Positions 30,443-40,955 of a DNA stretch of 64,000 nucleotides are shown here, in pieces. The notes beneath the pieces were generated by a model that was not told the origin of the DNA, ran no database searches, and saw only the letters and a program-made list of their open reading frames with translations. Source of the stretch: Candidatus Bathyarchaeota archaeon (GTDB lineage: Archaea; Thermoproteota; Bathyarchaeia; 40CM-2-53-6); assembly GCA_963833125.1 (NCBI GenBank), contig CAWHWX010000018.1, positions 1 to 64,000 on the forward strand. Direction: 5' to 3'. The first letter of the stretch is position 1; every line of letters begins with the position of its first letter. Position numbers and translations under genes: made by a program.

Positions 30443-30631
30443 ATGGTAAACGAGTTCGAGAGGAAAGCTGGGACAGTATTCCAGTGCGAGCTCTGCGGCC
30501 TCGGATACAGAGACCTTGACACGGCCGAGCAATGCGAAGAATACTGCGACACCCACGGTAGCTGCTCGCTTGAGATTACGAGGAAAGCCATCTACAAGCC
30601 TAACATCCGCGTCATGTCCGCCCAAGCCTAG
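30443..30631 (+). CDS. Small Cys-rich zinc-finger-like protein (62 aa)
   Basis: FQCELCGLGY.D...AEQCEEYC..H.SCS, preceded by a GAGGT SD-like motif. Confidence 0.7.
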   Translation: MVNEFERKAGTVFQCELCGLGYRDLDTAEQCEEYCDTHGSCSLEITRKAIYKPNIRVMSAQA

Positions 30632-30941
30632 AAGACAAACGCGGTCTTCAAGGTCTGCGAGTGTTGGGTAACGTAAGTTAGCGGTTGTTAATACCCGATC
30701 ATTGTGTGTATTCACCCACGTTCAGAATGTTACTAGCCTAACGAAAGAATACATTATCCGAGCCAGGGTGGATCCACCCCTCGAGGGGTGGCGCCAAACG
30801 GTGCCAAACGAAGGCAACCCTCGCCTCATTCTACGCCCCGATCCCCCCATACGAACCAGTTTGCAGCAGCAACCGACAAGTTGACGTTACCGAGCGTTGC
30901 GTCCTAGCTAGACGAGTAGTCCTAATGTTTCTAGATCATGT

Positions 30942-31925
30942 CTATGCTGAGAGTTTTTCCCATAGCTTTTCTGCGTCTTCTCTTGAAATCTCGATAGTAT
31001 CTAGGATCGAGTAGAACATCTTGTTCTCCTTGGAGTACTGTTTCATGTTCAGTACCGTATTGACGAACTCATCGTGCGATATTCCATAATCTCGCGGCCT
31101 GAACATTAGACCCAAGTCATCCATTACTTTCGCCACAGCGTCAGCCTCATTCGACTGGAAATGTGTTATGACGTAAATGCCCGTCCCAACGACTTCTCCA
31201 TGCACAAAGCCGCGTCCGGTGAGTTTCTCTAAGGCGTAGAAGTAGATGTGTTCGCTTCCTTCTTCAGGCCTTGGTTTGCCGGCAAGTTCCTGAAGGCGGT
31301 TGGTCTCTAAATGAAGTTCAACGATGGTGTCGATTCCTTTCTCGGTAACGTTCTTGATCTCGTTGGCGTTCGAGACAAGGTTGTCTAGGATGCGTTGCGA
31401 TCCTGCCGCAATCTTCTCGTCATACGATTCGCCGGTTCTCTCATGGGAAAGTTTCCAGTCGAATAGAGCCGTACGGCAGGAGTAGATGTCCCCGACCCCA
31501 GCCGTATTCAATCTCTTAGGAGCAGCCTGAATAGCCTTGTAGTCTATCACCACCTTCTGCGGAGAAATTTTACCGAGGTAATGGACAACGCCGCCCTCTC
31601 TCACCGCAGCAGCAGGAGTCGCGTAAGCGTTCACGGATACTATCGTCGGCACTAAGATCAGTGCGCATTTGCGTTTCCCGGCAAAATATTTCGCAGCATC
31701 ATTAGTCGTACCACCGCCAATCCCAATTACAGTTTCAACCTTAGGCAATTCCCTAACGAGACGATCAAGGTAATCATGCTCAAGGTCAGTAATCATGGTG
31801 ACTGAAGACGGCTTACCTCCGATTCTACCCTTGACCAAGTTCCAGGGTACATCCATCGTCATTACAGCGTAGGATCCTACAGAATTACCGATTCCATCAA
31901 CGCTTCCGTAAACATACTCAACCAT
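30942..31925 (-). CDS. Glycerol-1-phosphate dehydrogenase-like (DHQS/Fe-ADH superfamily) oxidoreductase
   Basis: GGGTTNDAAK, VPT..S, AGVGD, GSEH, HGEVVG. ATG at 31925 follows a GGCGGGG SD-like motif. Confidence 0.8.
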   Translation of the reverse strand: MVEYVYGSVDGIGNSVGSYAVMTMDVPWNLVKGRIGGKPSSVTMITDLEHDYLDRLVRELPKVETVIGIGGGTTNDAAKYFAGKRKCALILVPTIVSVNAYATPAAAVREGGVVHYLGKISPQKVVIDYKAIQAAPKRLNTAGVGDIYSCRTALFDWKLSHERTGESYDEKIAAGSQRILDNLVSNANEIKNVTEKGIDTIVELHLETNRLQELAGKPRPEEGSEHIYFYALEKLTGRGFVHGEVVGTGIYVITHFQSNEADAVAKVMDDLGLMFRPRDYGISHDEFVNTVLNMKQYSKENKMFYSILDTIEISREDAEKLWEKLSA

Positions 31926-32155
31926 GAAACATTCCCCGCCTGAATCAGGTTGCTGCATACATACTTCGCATATTTCACCGATTTGCTCCAGAATGTTCTT
32001 TGAGAATGCGGCTTTCCCACGGTTCAAACTCAATGCGTTGGAAATCCGGTTAGCTGCAGATGTTGGCAAACGTATCGTTCTTATATCGTTTTTTCTCATC
32101 CGACTTTATGAATCATAAACCCAACGCATTGCAACGGATTCCTCGACAGAAAGCG

Positions 32156-33088
32156 ATGCAGTTCCAGTTCGATAGGAAGATTACTCCAATCCTACACGTC
32201 AAACCAGGAGAGTCATTCTCAGTTGAGACTGAAGACGCATATGGTGGGTTGATCAGAACTTCTGACAGACTCCCGATCCCAGAACATGTCCCTGGCTTAA
32301 GTCCGGGCACCCTCTGGGGCAACCCTATGGCCGGTCCAATCTTTGTCGAAGGCGCAAAGACGGGAGATCTCATCCAAATAAACATCGAAGAAATCGAGGT
32401 AGATACGCAGGGTGTTACCTGTATTGAACCAGGCCTCGGACCTCTTCAGGATTCAGAGCGCTGGCCGGAGTGCCGCGGACCATACTCTCATATCATCAAG
32501 CATCTTGCCGGGCCTAGCGGAACAACTCGGGACGGTAAAGGTGCATTTACCGATAGAGTAGTCTGGGATTTGAAACCCTTCATAGGCACAATCGGTGTGG
32601 CTCCGGAGCTTGGTGTACCATCAAGCGTAACGGGTCAAGGGCCATGGGGTGGAAACATCGACTGCCGCGACATGAAAGAGGGAACGAAATTGTATTTGAA
32701 CAGCTATCAAGATGGAGGCCTCCTGTTTGTCGGCGACGTGCACGCAAGTCAAGCCGACACTGAGTTTTACGGAGTCGCAGATGAAACACGTGCTAAACTA
32801 ACGTTAATCTGCAAAGTGATCGAGAATAAGCGAATTGCTAATCCGCGTTTGGAAAAGGAAGATTCCATTATCACGTTGTGTAGTTCTCGGCCCCTAGAAG
32901 ACGCAGTTACCAGAGCAATGCTCGATATGATGGAATGGATGATTAGTGAATATGGAATCCGTCCAAGAGAAGCGTACATGCATTTGACCGTAAACCCAGA
33001 TATGAGAGTCCACGTCTACCAGATGGTTAACACTCCCCAAATGGCATTCACCGCTGGCGTAGAAATGCCCAAAAAGTACCTCTCCTGA
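32156..33088 (+). CDS. Acetamidase/formamidase family protein
   Basis: VKPGE...VETEDA, NPMAGPIFVEGA, PFIGTIGVAP, GGNIDC, GDVHASQAD.E. Confidence 0.88.
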   Translation: MQFQFDRKITPILHVKPGESFSVETEDAYGGLIRTSDRLPIPEHVPGLSPGTLWGNPMAGPIFVEGAKTGDLIQINIEEIEVDTQGVTCIEPGLGPLQDSERWPECRGPYSHIIKHLAGPSGTTRDGKGAFTDRVVWDLKPFIGTIGVAPELGVPSSVTGQGPWGGNIDCRDMKEGTKLYLNSYQDGGLLFVGDVHASQADTEFYGVADETRAKLTLICKVIENKRIANPRLEKEDSIITLCSSRPLEDAVTRAMLDMMEWMISEYGIRPREAYMHLTVNPDMRVHVYQMVNTPQMAFTAGVEMPKKYLS

Positions 33089-33106
33089 ATCGAGGAGGTT
33101 TCTGGC

Positions 33107-34484
33107 ATGACGAGACAATTCGCGCTCAGCCCGAAGAAAACTCAGCGAATCAGAACCAGATTCCGCAAAATTGTCACCGATATTCCCGCTCCCAAATCTA
33201 TCCCGATTTTGGAGAGATTAAGAAAGGCTGAGCCATTGTCCATGACTGGCCAACCACCAGTGCTTTGGGATCGCGCTAAAGGATTCCAGGTTTTCGATCG
33301 CTGGGGTAATTGCTGGCTCGACTGGTCAAGTGGGGTGCTTGTGGCGTCAGCAGGTCACGGCCGCAAAGAAATCATTGCTTCCATCAATCAGGTGCTGAAA
33401 AAGCCACTGCTTCACAGTTACTGTTTCCCAAGCGAATATCGGGGAAAGCTGACTACCGAAATCGTAAAGCTTGCCCCAGATGGACTAGACAAATGCTTTC
33501 TTCTCACCACGGGCGCGGAAGCCGTCGAATGCATCATCAAAACCTCGCGCGCCTTCGGACAGAAAGTCGGTGGCCCCAACAAGAACGTCATAGTCACCTT
33601 TCACGGTGATTTCCATGGTCGAACAATGGGCGCCCAACTCGCAGGCGGGTCGTCCACGCTCAAGGATTGGATTGGGCCGACAGCTGATAGCGGGTTTGTC
33701 CAAGTTGACTTCCCCGGTGACATCCGCACCAAGGACAACTCGTTTGAAGGCTTCGTGAATGCGCTCAAGGCCAAGGGAGTCACCGCAGACAGGATCTGTT
33801 TGGTGTTGCCGGAGACATTTCAGGGCGGCTCGGCAGCCTTCATGCCAGTCGAGTTCGCTAAGAAGCTTCGCGAATGGACAGCCGCGAATAGAATTGTTCT
33901 GGGTTTCGACGAAATTCAAGCTGGGTTTGGCCGTTGCGGTACACTTTGGGGTTTTGAGCATTACGGCGTAGTGCCTGACATCTTCAGCTTGGGTAAGAGC
34001 ATTTCCGGTTCGCTTCCCCTATCGGCCGTTGTCGGCAAACAGGAACTAATGGACTTATTCGGTCCCAATTCGATGACGAGCACCCACACCGGCAACCCAG
34101 TGTGCTGCGCGGCGGCACTAGCGAGCATTCACATAATTCTCAAGGAGAAGCTGATTCAGAAAGCAGCCAATACTGGCAGGATGCTTCACGAGGGACTCAA
34201 CCGTATTCGTGCGAAGTTTCCGGATAATATCGCGGCCGTACAAGGGCGGCGGTATGGTCGCTGGTGTGCACATGGTTAAACCCGACGGGGGAATGGAGCC
34301 AGACGCGGAGGCTGCGTTCGATATCGTCGAGCGCTGTATGGAGAGGGGGGTTCTCATGTTTGCACCTGTGGGGTTTGGGGGTGCTACTGTGAAGATTTCG
34401 CCACCACTCGTGACGCCAAAAGAAGCAATCCAAGATGGCCTCACAGTATTTGAAGAGGCCGTTCAGGATGTGCTAGACAAGTGA
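33107..34484 (+). CDS. PLP-dependent aminotransferase class III (4-aminobutyrate aminotransferase-like; frameshift near 34250)
   Basis: TGAEAVE, FHGRT, DEIQAGFGRCG, LGKSISG, STHTGNP. The C-terminus ISPPL lies in ORF 34209-34484. Confidence 0.9.
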
Positions 34485-34565
34485 TGAAGTTCTCGAGTCT
34501 ATGAATGGGAAGGATTGTTGCGTGATTTTGAGCCACTAAAACAAAACTGGCGGGTATAGCACATC

Positions 34566-34572
34566 TTATATA
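34566..34572 (+). promoter_or_regulatory. Putative TATA box
   Basis: TTATATA about 25-30 nt before ATG 34597. Confidence 0.5.
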
Positions 34573-34596
34573 TTTTCACAATGCGTCCATATCGCC

Positions 34597-36198
34597 ATGG
34601 CTACTAAGCCGACTCTCTTCGTACGAGAAGCGACGGGACTCGTTCGTTCGCTTTCAACTTTCGATCTCTTCAACTTAGCCTACGGCCAAATAATGCCAGC
34701 CGTCGGAATCGTCTTCATCGTATCCTTCACTCCCTTCGCTTTCCCACAAAGCAACATGTTCCTAGCTTTTCTGATAGTCATTCCCATGGTCGCCTTAGGG
34801 CCAGGCTTGATCTATTCAATGCTCGCGGCCGCAATGCCTCGCTCGGGGGGTGATTACGTGTACGTGAGCCGAATCCTCCACCCTGCCATAGGTTTCATGA
34901 CGAGCTGGTTGTTCACGTTAACTGTCTACAGTTTCATTGCGACTGCTGGCTTCATTTTTTCATCAACAGCTTTGAACGTATTTCTAGCTACAATCGGCAT
35001 TATGACCAATAGTCCTTGGCTGGTTACGGATTCAACTTGGTTTACGACAAGTTTGGGCGAATTGGTTACAGGTACGGTGCTGATTGGTGGGGTCATGTTG
35101 CTGCTAATCTACGGACGGGCTGTGTGGACTTTCATGAGGATTCTTTTCGTCATCGTAATGGTTGGCACTATCGTTAACATTCTCTATCTGGTGACGGCCT
35201 CACAGGGGGCGTTCGTCAGTGCTTTCAACTCTCAATTTGCTTCGAGTGGGTTTACGTATAACGGGATCATCCAGACGGCGACGAAGAACGGATATCTTTC
35301 CGGATCGACATGGGCGGGCACCTTCGGGGCACTAATTTACGCGATGAGCGGGCTGGTCGGGTTCAACTTCTCCGCATATTCCGCTGGAGAGGCGAAGAAG
35401 GCCTCGAAGAGCATGCCTATCTCTATCATTGGCAGCACATTAATCGGAGGTGCGTTATTCGCCCTTTGGGCGTTCGGAATTTACAACGCATTTGGCTATG
35501 ACTTCTTCTCGGCTGCGAATTACCTAGTCAACTGCTGCTCATCCACCGTGCCCTTACCCTTCACTGCCTCCGTGAACGCTCTCTTCACCTACCTTCCAGG
35601 TCAGAATCCATTGGTTGAAATCCTAGGAGCTTTGGCGTTCGGCCTCGCATGGATTTGGTTAACCCCAACCGATTTCATCCCAGTGGTTAGGAACATGTTT
35701 GCGTGGGCCTTTGACAGGGTTGGGCCGTCATGGTTGGCGGACGTGAATGATCGCTTCCATACGCCTGTAAAGTCGATTCTCCTCAGCGCAGCGCTAGGCG
35801 AAATTCTGCTGATACTTGCCATCTACACTACTGGCATTTCTATAGTCTTTGCGAACGGTGCAATTCTCATTAACTTGGCTTTCTTGATTACGAGCATCGC
35901 AGGGATACTCTTTCCCTTCAGGGCGAAGAAGATTTTCGAGCAGTCACCCGGCTGGGTTAAGAAGAGAGTTGGGGGAGTGCCAGTGGTTACCTTGGTTGGT
36001 ATATTCTCCGCCATTGTTGAATTGATTCTCCTCTACGGTGGCGTCACTAATGCCGTCATAGGCGGAGCACCAGCATCCTATCCCTTCAGCGCAGGCATAG
36101 CAATCAGCGGGATAGTCATATACTATATCGCTAAAATGTACCGGAAGAGACAGGGAATAGATCTCAGCCTGGTATTCAAAGACATCCCACCAGAATAA
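34597..36198 (+). CDS. APC family amino acid/amine permease
   Basis: FVREATGLVR, MPRSGGDYVYVSR, FDRVGP; C-terminal KDIPPE. Confidence 0.9.
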   Translation: MATKPTLFVREATGLVRSLSTFDLFNLAYGQIMPAVGIVFIVSFTPFAFPQSNMFLAFLIVIPMVALGPGLIYSMLAAAMPRSGGDYVYVSRILHPAIGFMTSWLFTLTVYSFIATAGFIFSSTALNVFLATIGIMTNSPWLVTDSTWFTTSLGELVTGTVLIGGVMLLLIYGRAVWTFMRILFVIVMVGTIVNILYLVTASQGAFVSAFNSQFASSGFTYNGIIQTATKNGYLSGSTWAGTFGALIYAMSGLVGFNFSAYSAGEAKKASKSMPISIIGSTLIGGALFALWAFGIYNAFGYDFFSAANYLVNCCSSTVPLPFTASVNALFTYLPGQNPLVEILGALAFGLAWIWLTPTDFIPVVRNMFAWAFDRVGPSWLADVNDRFHTPVKSILLSAALGEILLILAIYTTGISIVFANGAILINLAFLITSIAGILFPFRAKKIFEQSPGWVKKRVGGVPVVTLVGIFSAIVELILLYGGVTNAVIGGAPASYPFSAGIAISGIVIYYIAKMYRKRQGIDLSLVFKDIPPE

Positions 36199-36284
36199 GA
36201 AAACCAGCAAGTCAGCACCTACCGCGACTGATCCTCAAGCGAACTCAGAAATCCAGCACAAAAACGGTTTCCGGGCCGTCAGCG

Positions 36285-37383
36285 TTATTCGAGGTTGGAG
36301 CGGAGCATTGCCCTCAGTGTTTCACCGTTAGAAGTCCAAACCGCGTTTCGATCAACCATTTTGATGTATCCGGCCGCCTCAAATTGATTGAGAAGCTCTC
36401 GCCGTGTCAGGCTTACACTCGCGAGAACTGCCTGAAGGGTATCATCCGTTCGCTCTCTGGCTGGGATTGATTCTATAATTTGATCAAGTTGAGGTCCCAT
36501 TCGGTAGAATTCATCGATGTCTTTCACGAATAGCCTTAGCAACTCCCTGTTTATGGCGCCTTGTAACCCTCTCATCATTCTCTATCACTTCCCTATCGTC
36601 AGCCGTCATAACGAAAAGACCTTGAGTGCGGGGCAGAATCCGTTCATCTCTGAACGAAGCCCAATCTTGAAGTAGCCAAGGATCGGTTAGTTTGTGTTTA
36701 ATCACAAATCTAGCTTTAGGGTCTCGACCGTACCACTTACCCAAAACCGCCTCATCTAGTCGAATTAGGGGTCTCTCGATCCGCGAAGGCGAACCCTCTA
36801 TCGATAGAAAGCTGTGCCAGGGTCCACAGATCATGAAACGAGATGCAGTTTGCCATGACTCTCGTCTTGTAATGCCAAAGATCAAACGCAACGCGCTTCA
36901 CCAAGCCATCTCTCAAGTACACGTAGATCGGTTCGTAATCGTAAGAATGGGTTGGGGTTAATTGAAAATTCCAATAGTAGATGTACTCGATGCAGGATTC
37001 CTCTGGGTTCCTAACAATTCGGTAATATATCGACTCCAGCTCGGTCGGATCTGTCGATTCTCCGGAACCCGTTACTTGTGGAAGATGGGCCATCGCTGAG
37101 CGCGTCATCAAAGTCGACTCGGTAACCTTGTGGGAGCATTTCGGAATAAGCTGTTGACCATTCATTCATCTTTTCATGAATCAGATGCTTCAGCCATTGG
37201 TTCCCCCCCTCGGTTCTTGACAAAAACCTCTTCATCCGGATCAAGAGCGAATGACAAGCTTTCCACATCAACTCCTATCCCGTTACGTCCTAAACTGTAT
37301 CTCGATTTCCAGCTTTCTCACGAAGTATTCTCCTTTCTCGTTATTAGATACACGACGTTTTTCTCGATATCTACAAAGCTCAT
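36285..37383 (-). pseudogene. Hypothetical protein broken into four or more overlapping pieces
   Basis: Overlapping minus-strand ORFs (37011-37271, 36752-37165, 36511-36891, 36285-36578) read as a continuous protein with frameshifts. An in-frame TGA follows MSFVDIEKNVVYLITRKENTS. Contains EYIYYW...HSYDYEPIYVY. Confidence 0.5.
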
Positions 37384-37452
37384 CTGATCGCCCAAAGCGG
37401 AACGCTATCATTATGTGATTGGCCGACGGTTCCGTAAACGGCGTCATCTGGT

Positions 37453-37803
37453 TTGAAGGGAACCCGGGTAGGTCATGTTGGATCACGATCCTCGTCCCGA
37501 GGAGCAAATCAACATGGGCAGGGGCTAAAGTTATCCCATCCTCGTCTGTTTCGCTTCGCAGTCTCAACGCTTGCATCATATGTTGCTGCCAGATTCTTCG
37601 CCGACTTCCTTCACTTGCGACTATACGTGACACACGAACGAATCCACATCCATCACTTTGTACTCGGCTTGCTTTTGACGCCAATCACTTGGTTTGCTTT
37701 TGAGGAGAACAAAAACGTCGAGGCGGAAATACTAGCGGGAGCAGTTTTGGGTCTATTTCTATCAGAACTCAAGCAACTGATCCTAGAAGAATGGGGCCCA
37801 TAA
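37453..37803 (+). CDS. Small membrane protein with HIHH motif
   Basis: Three hydrophobic segments; HIHHFVLG and GLFLSE. Start uncertain. Confidence 0.55.
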   Translation: MKGTRVGHVGSRSSSRGANQHGQGLKLSHPRLFRFAVSTLASYVAARFFADFLHLRLYVTHERIHIHHFVLGLLLTPITWFAFEENKNVEAEILAGAVLGLFLSELKQLILEEWGP

Positions 37804-37866
37804 TGCGTCGGCACTCAATGATAGCGTTCTAATACTCTAACACCGTGATCAAACCCGTAATCGAAA

Positions 37867-38469
37867 TTGGCAACCCACGCATTGCTCATAATAGATATGC
37901 AACATGATTTCGTCGATGAAGACGGTGCCGTTCCATGTCAGGATGCGCCTGGGATAGTTTCAAAAATCAAGGAATTATCGCACGAGGCTCGTCGTGCGGG
38001 CATCCCGATCATATACACAAGAGAAGTACATCGGCCTCAGAAGGTCGATTTTGGAAGAGAACTAGATGGAGATGAAACCCTTCATTGTGTTGAAGGAACT
38101 AAGGGCGCCGAAATCGTAGAAGAGTTGACACCAAAAGAATCGGACTATGTCATAAACAAAAGGCGATACAGCGCATTCTTCGGCACCGACCTAGCTATTC
38201 TACTCAAAGGATTGGCCGTGGATACCTTGTACATAACAGGAGCCGCCACCGACGTTTGCGTCTACCTAACAGCCATGGACGCCCATCAATTTGACTTCAA
38301 AGTCAGAATCCCCAAGGATTGCGTGTCAGGGACAAGTCAAGCCGCTCACGAAGCGGCACTTGCCGCAGTTGAAAGGCTCCAAGAGGGAGCCCTCACCGAC
38401 TCGACTACGACCATCCGAATCTTTCATGAAATGACGAGGACCACACCCAGCCAAATTGACCCCCATTAG
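37867..38469 (+). CDS. Isochorismatase family cysteine hydrolase
   Basis: D-K-C triad: IIDMQHDF, KRRYSAF, TDVCV. Confidence 0.9.
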   Translation: MATHALLIIDMQHDFVDEDGAVPCQDAPGIVSKIKELSHEARRAGIPIIYTREVHRPQKVDFGRELDGDETLHCVEGTKGAEIVEELTPKESDYVINKRRYSAFFGTDLAILLKGLAVDTLYITGAATDVCVYLTAMDAHQFDFKVRIPKDCVSGTSQAAHEAALAAVERLQEGALTDSTTTIRIFHEMTRTTPSQIDPH

Positions 38470-39728
38470 TGTTGTTGAGAGGCGAACCTCTGGAGGAGCT
38501 TCCTAAGTGTCAATTTGTATTATGTAACGCAAGAATTCTCAATCGTAGCGAATCTGTTTCGATTTTGATTGAGGGAGACAGAATATCTAAAATCGCCTCA
38601 AATTTGTCGTTGGGAGCAGACAAGGAAATCGATGCGAAGGGCGGTCTGGTTCTCCCGACATTTGTTGAACCGCACATACATCTTGACAAAGTCTTGCTCT
38701 CAGAGGAATTCGGATATGCCTCCTCAATAGAACAAGCGTGCGAAATCATCAAGAAAGCAAAGGAGTCTTTCACAGTAAGCAGCGTAAAACAACGAATAAA
38801 ACGGGTACTGCCACTCGCTCTGAAAAACGGAGTGACCGTAATCAGAAGCCACGTGGATATCGACCACATCGTCGGACTAACAGCATTCGACGCATTGAAC
38901 GAGCTTCGACGCGAATATTCTCCCCCTTTTGACATTCAAATCGTAGCCAATCCACAGGAAGGAATCATTAGCCACGGAGGAACGCAGGAATTGCTCTTCA
39001 AAGCGATCGAGTCAGGAGCAGACGTTATGGGCGCTCTTCCCGAAGCTGAGAAATCTGTTGATGACTCAAAGGCACATTTGGACAAGGTTTTCTCCATCGC
39101 GAAAGAGAAAGACGTCGACGTAGACGTTCACAATGACGTAATCTCTTCCGGAAGAAATCTGGAGTATTTTCTCTCAAAGGTCGTCGGTAGTCATTATGAA
39201 GGTAGAGCTTCATCGGCCCATAACATAGCCTTGGCTCATTATGATGACGATTACGCCAGCAAAATCATCGCTTCAATAAAGCAGGCTAGAGTGAATATCA
39301 TAGCGAATCCCTGTACGATGATGACGAGCGGGGGTAAACATCTACCTCCAATCCCTAGGGGGATTACTCGCGTAAGAGAACTACTCAATGCTGGGGTGAA
39401 TGTAACTTACGGCATCGACAATATGGTGGACCCATTCAACCCATTCGGCGATTTCAGTCCATTCCGAAATGGTTGGCTGCTCGCTTACGGAGGGCAACTC
39501 AACTCCCGAGAGCTGTTCGAACAGATCCCTAGAATGATCACTGACAACGCAGCTCTCATGCTTCGGCTTAACGACTACGGAGTCGGGGAGGGTTGCAAAG
39601 CCGACCTAAACATAATGAATTATTCGAACGCGGCTGATTGTCTCAGATTTGGTGACATGCCTCGGTATGTCATTAAGCGTGGAAAAGTCCTTGCGGAAAA
39701 CCAGCTGATCAGCGCACTCTACTTGTAA
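38469..39728 (+). CDS. Cytosine deaminase/AtzC-like amidohydrolase
   Basis: EPHIHLDK, RSHVD, PQEG, DVH, GITRVREL, GIDNMVDPF. Confidence 0.85.
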   Translation: MLLRGEPLEELPKCQFVLCNARILNRSESVSILIEGDRISKIASNLSLGADKEIDAKGGLVLPTFVEPHIHLDKVLLSEEFGYASSIEQACEIIKKAKESFTVSSVKQRIKRVLPLALKNGVTVIRSHVDIDHIVGLTAFDALNELRREYSPPFDIQIVANPQEGIISHGGTQELLFKAIESGADVMGALPEAEKSVDDSKAHLDKVFSIAKEKDVDVDVHNDVISSGRNLEYFLSKVVGSHYEGRASSAHNIALAHYDDDYASKIIASIKQARVNIIANPCTMMTSGGKHLPPIPRGITRVRELLNAGVNVTYGIDNMVDPFNPFGDFSPFRNGWLLAYGGQLNSRELFEQIPRMITDNAALMLRLNDYGVGEGCKADLNIMNYSNAADCLRFGDMPRYVIKRGKVLAENQLISALYL

Positions 39729-39729
39729 C

Positions 39730-40848
39730 TCATAACGCCGATGTAATTTGTTTCGTGTATCGGCCACAGTATCCGCATTGGAGTACGCGTTCACCTTTGC
39801 TGGTGACCTCTTTCATGACTGGCGCAATTGGTTCGCGTGGTTGATTGGAAATGCAATTTGGGTTTGCACAACGTCGCATCCCGTTCGTGTTTGATGTCGG
39901 TTGGCGTTTCTTCACAGGACTGTACTTTGAATGGTAGACCGATAGGTAAAGGAAAGCCATTCTTACCAGAACGCCATTCGCGGCTTGCTCGAAATATCGT
40001 GCATTCGGGGTATAGTCAATCTCCAGAGGTATCTCCTCTATTCTTGGAAGGTGATGCAAGACTATGGCGTGTTTTGGCGCATGTTTCAGGAGATCTGTGG
40101 TCAGAATGTAACTCGCTTTGAGCGCTTCTGCCTGCTTAGGATCCGAAAAACGTTCTTTCTGCAGCCTTGTAACATAAATTACGTCAGCTTGATTGATGAA
40201 TTTGGAGGGGTCTTCGCCTTCTTCATGCTTGACGTCTTTTGTGTCGAGGTAATCAGTAACCTCAGGTCGCATTCTCAGGGTCTCCGGGGACACCAAGGAA
40301 AGGGTGATCCCCTTGTAATGTCCCAGCCCGTAGGCAAGGGAAGAAGCTGACCTCGTATGGTTCAGGTCTCCCATGAGGAGAATGTTGCAGCCGTCAATCT
40401 TGCCAAACTCTCTTCGGATAGTGTAAAGGTCGGTGAGTGTTTGGCTGGGGTGATGCTGAGATCCGTCACCGCCATTGAGAACCGGGACACCGGCTATTTC
40501 AGCAGCAAATTTTGCTGATCCTTCGATCTTATGCCTTAGCACAATCACGTCTGAATAAGATTCAACCATTCTGATCGTATCCGCCAAAGTTTCGCCTTTA
40601 GCGACACTGCTGATACCCGGTTCAGCAAACCCGATCACCGATCCACCCAAGCGATGCATCGCTGTCTCAAAACTAAGCCGTGTTCTCGTGCTCGGTTCAA
40701 AGAAAATTGTTGCCATCACATTATCTTTCAATTGATTCCGGCATTTCCTCGTGTACCGTTGCATAGAGTCGGCGGTTCTGAATATTGTCTCAAGTTCTCG
40801 TTTGTCAAAATCCAGGACTGAAACAAGGTCACGTCCAGTCAACGACAA
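39730..40848 (-). CDS. pyrB: Aspartate carbamoyltransferase catalytic subunit with fused C-terminal PyrI-type Zn domain
   Basis: FFEPSTRTRLSFE, KGETLADT, HPSQ, RLQKERF, HHLPR; tail CANPNCISN...CGYC. Confidence 0.9.
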   Translation of the reverse strand: MSLTGRDLVSVLDFDKRELETIFRTADSMQRYTRKCRNQLKDNVMATIFFEPSTRTRLSFETAMHRLGGSVIGFAEPGISSVAKGETLADTIRMVESYSDVIVLRHKIEGSAKFAAEIAGVPVLNGGDGSQHHPSQTLTDLYTIRREFGKIDGCNILLMGDLNHTRSASSLAYGLGHYKGITLSLVSPETLRMRPEVTDYLDTKDVKHEEGEDPSKFINQADVIYVTRLQKERFSDPKQAEALKASYILTTDLLKHAPKHAIVLHHLPRIEEIPLEIDYTPNARYFEQAANGVLVRMAFLYLSVYHSKYSPVKKRQPTSNTNGMRRCANPNCISNQPREPIAPVMKEVTSKGERVLQCGYCGRYTKQITSAL

Positions 40849-40955
40849 AGTGGATCAATCGCAGGCCTAAGTTTCCGTGCAAATAAGGTCTGTTTTCGAT
40901 TCTCTGACCCTTCAAATTCTCGCGCTCATGAATAACAGGGTATAAGTCCTGTTAC

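Noticed and set aside
37318-37322. In-frame TGA as possible selenocysteine or readthrough codon
   Set aside because: It lies in a gene already broken several times, with no redox-motif context; error or decay is simpler.
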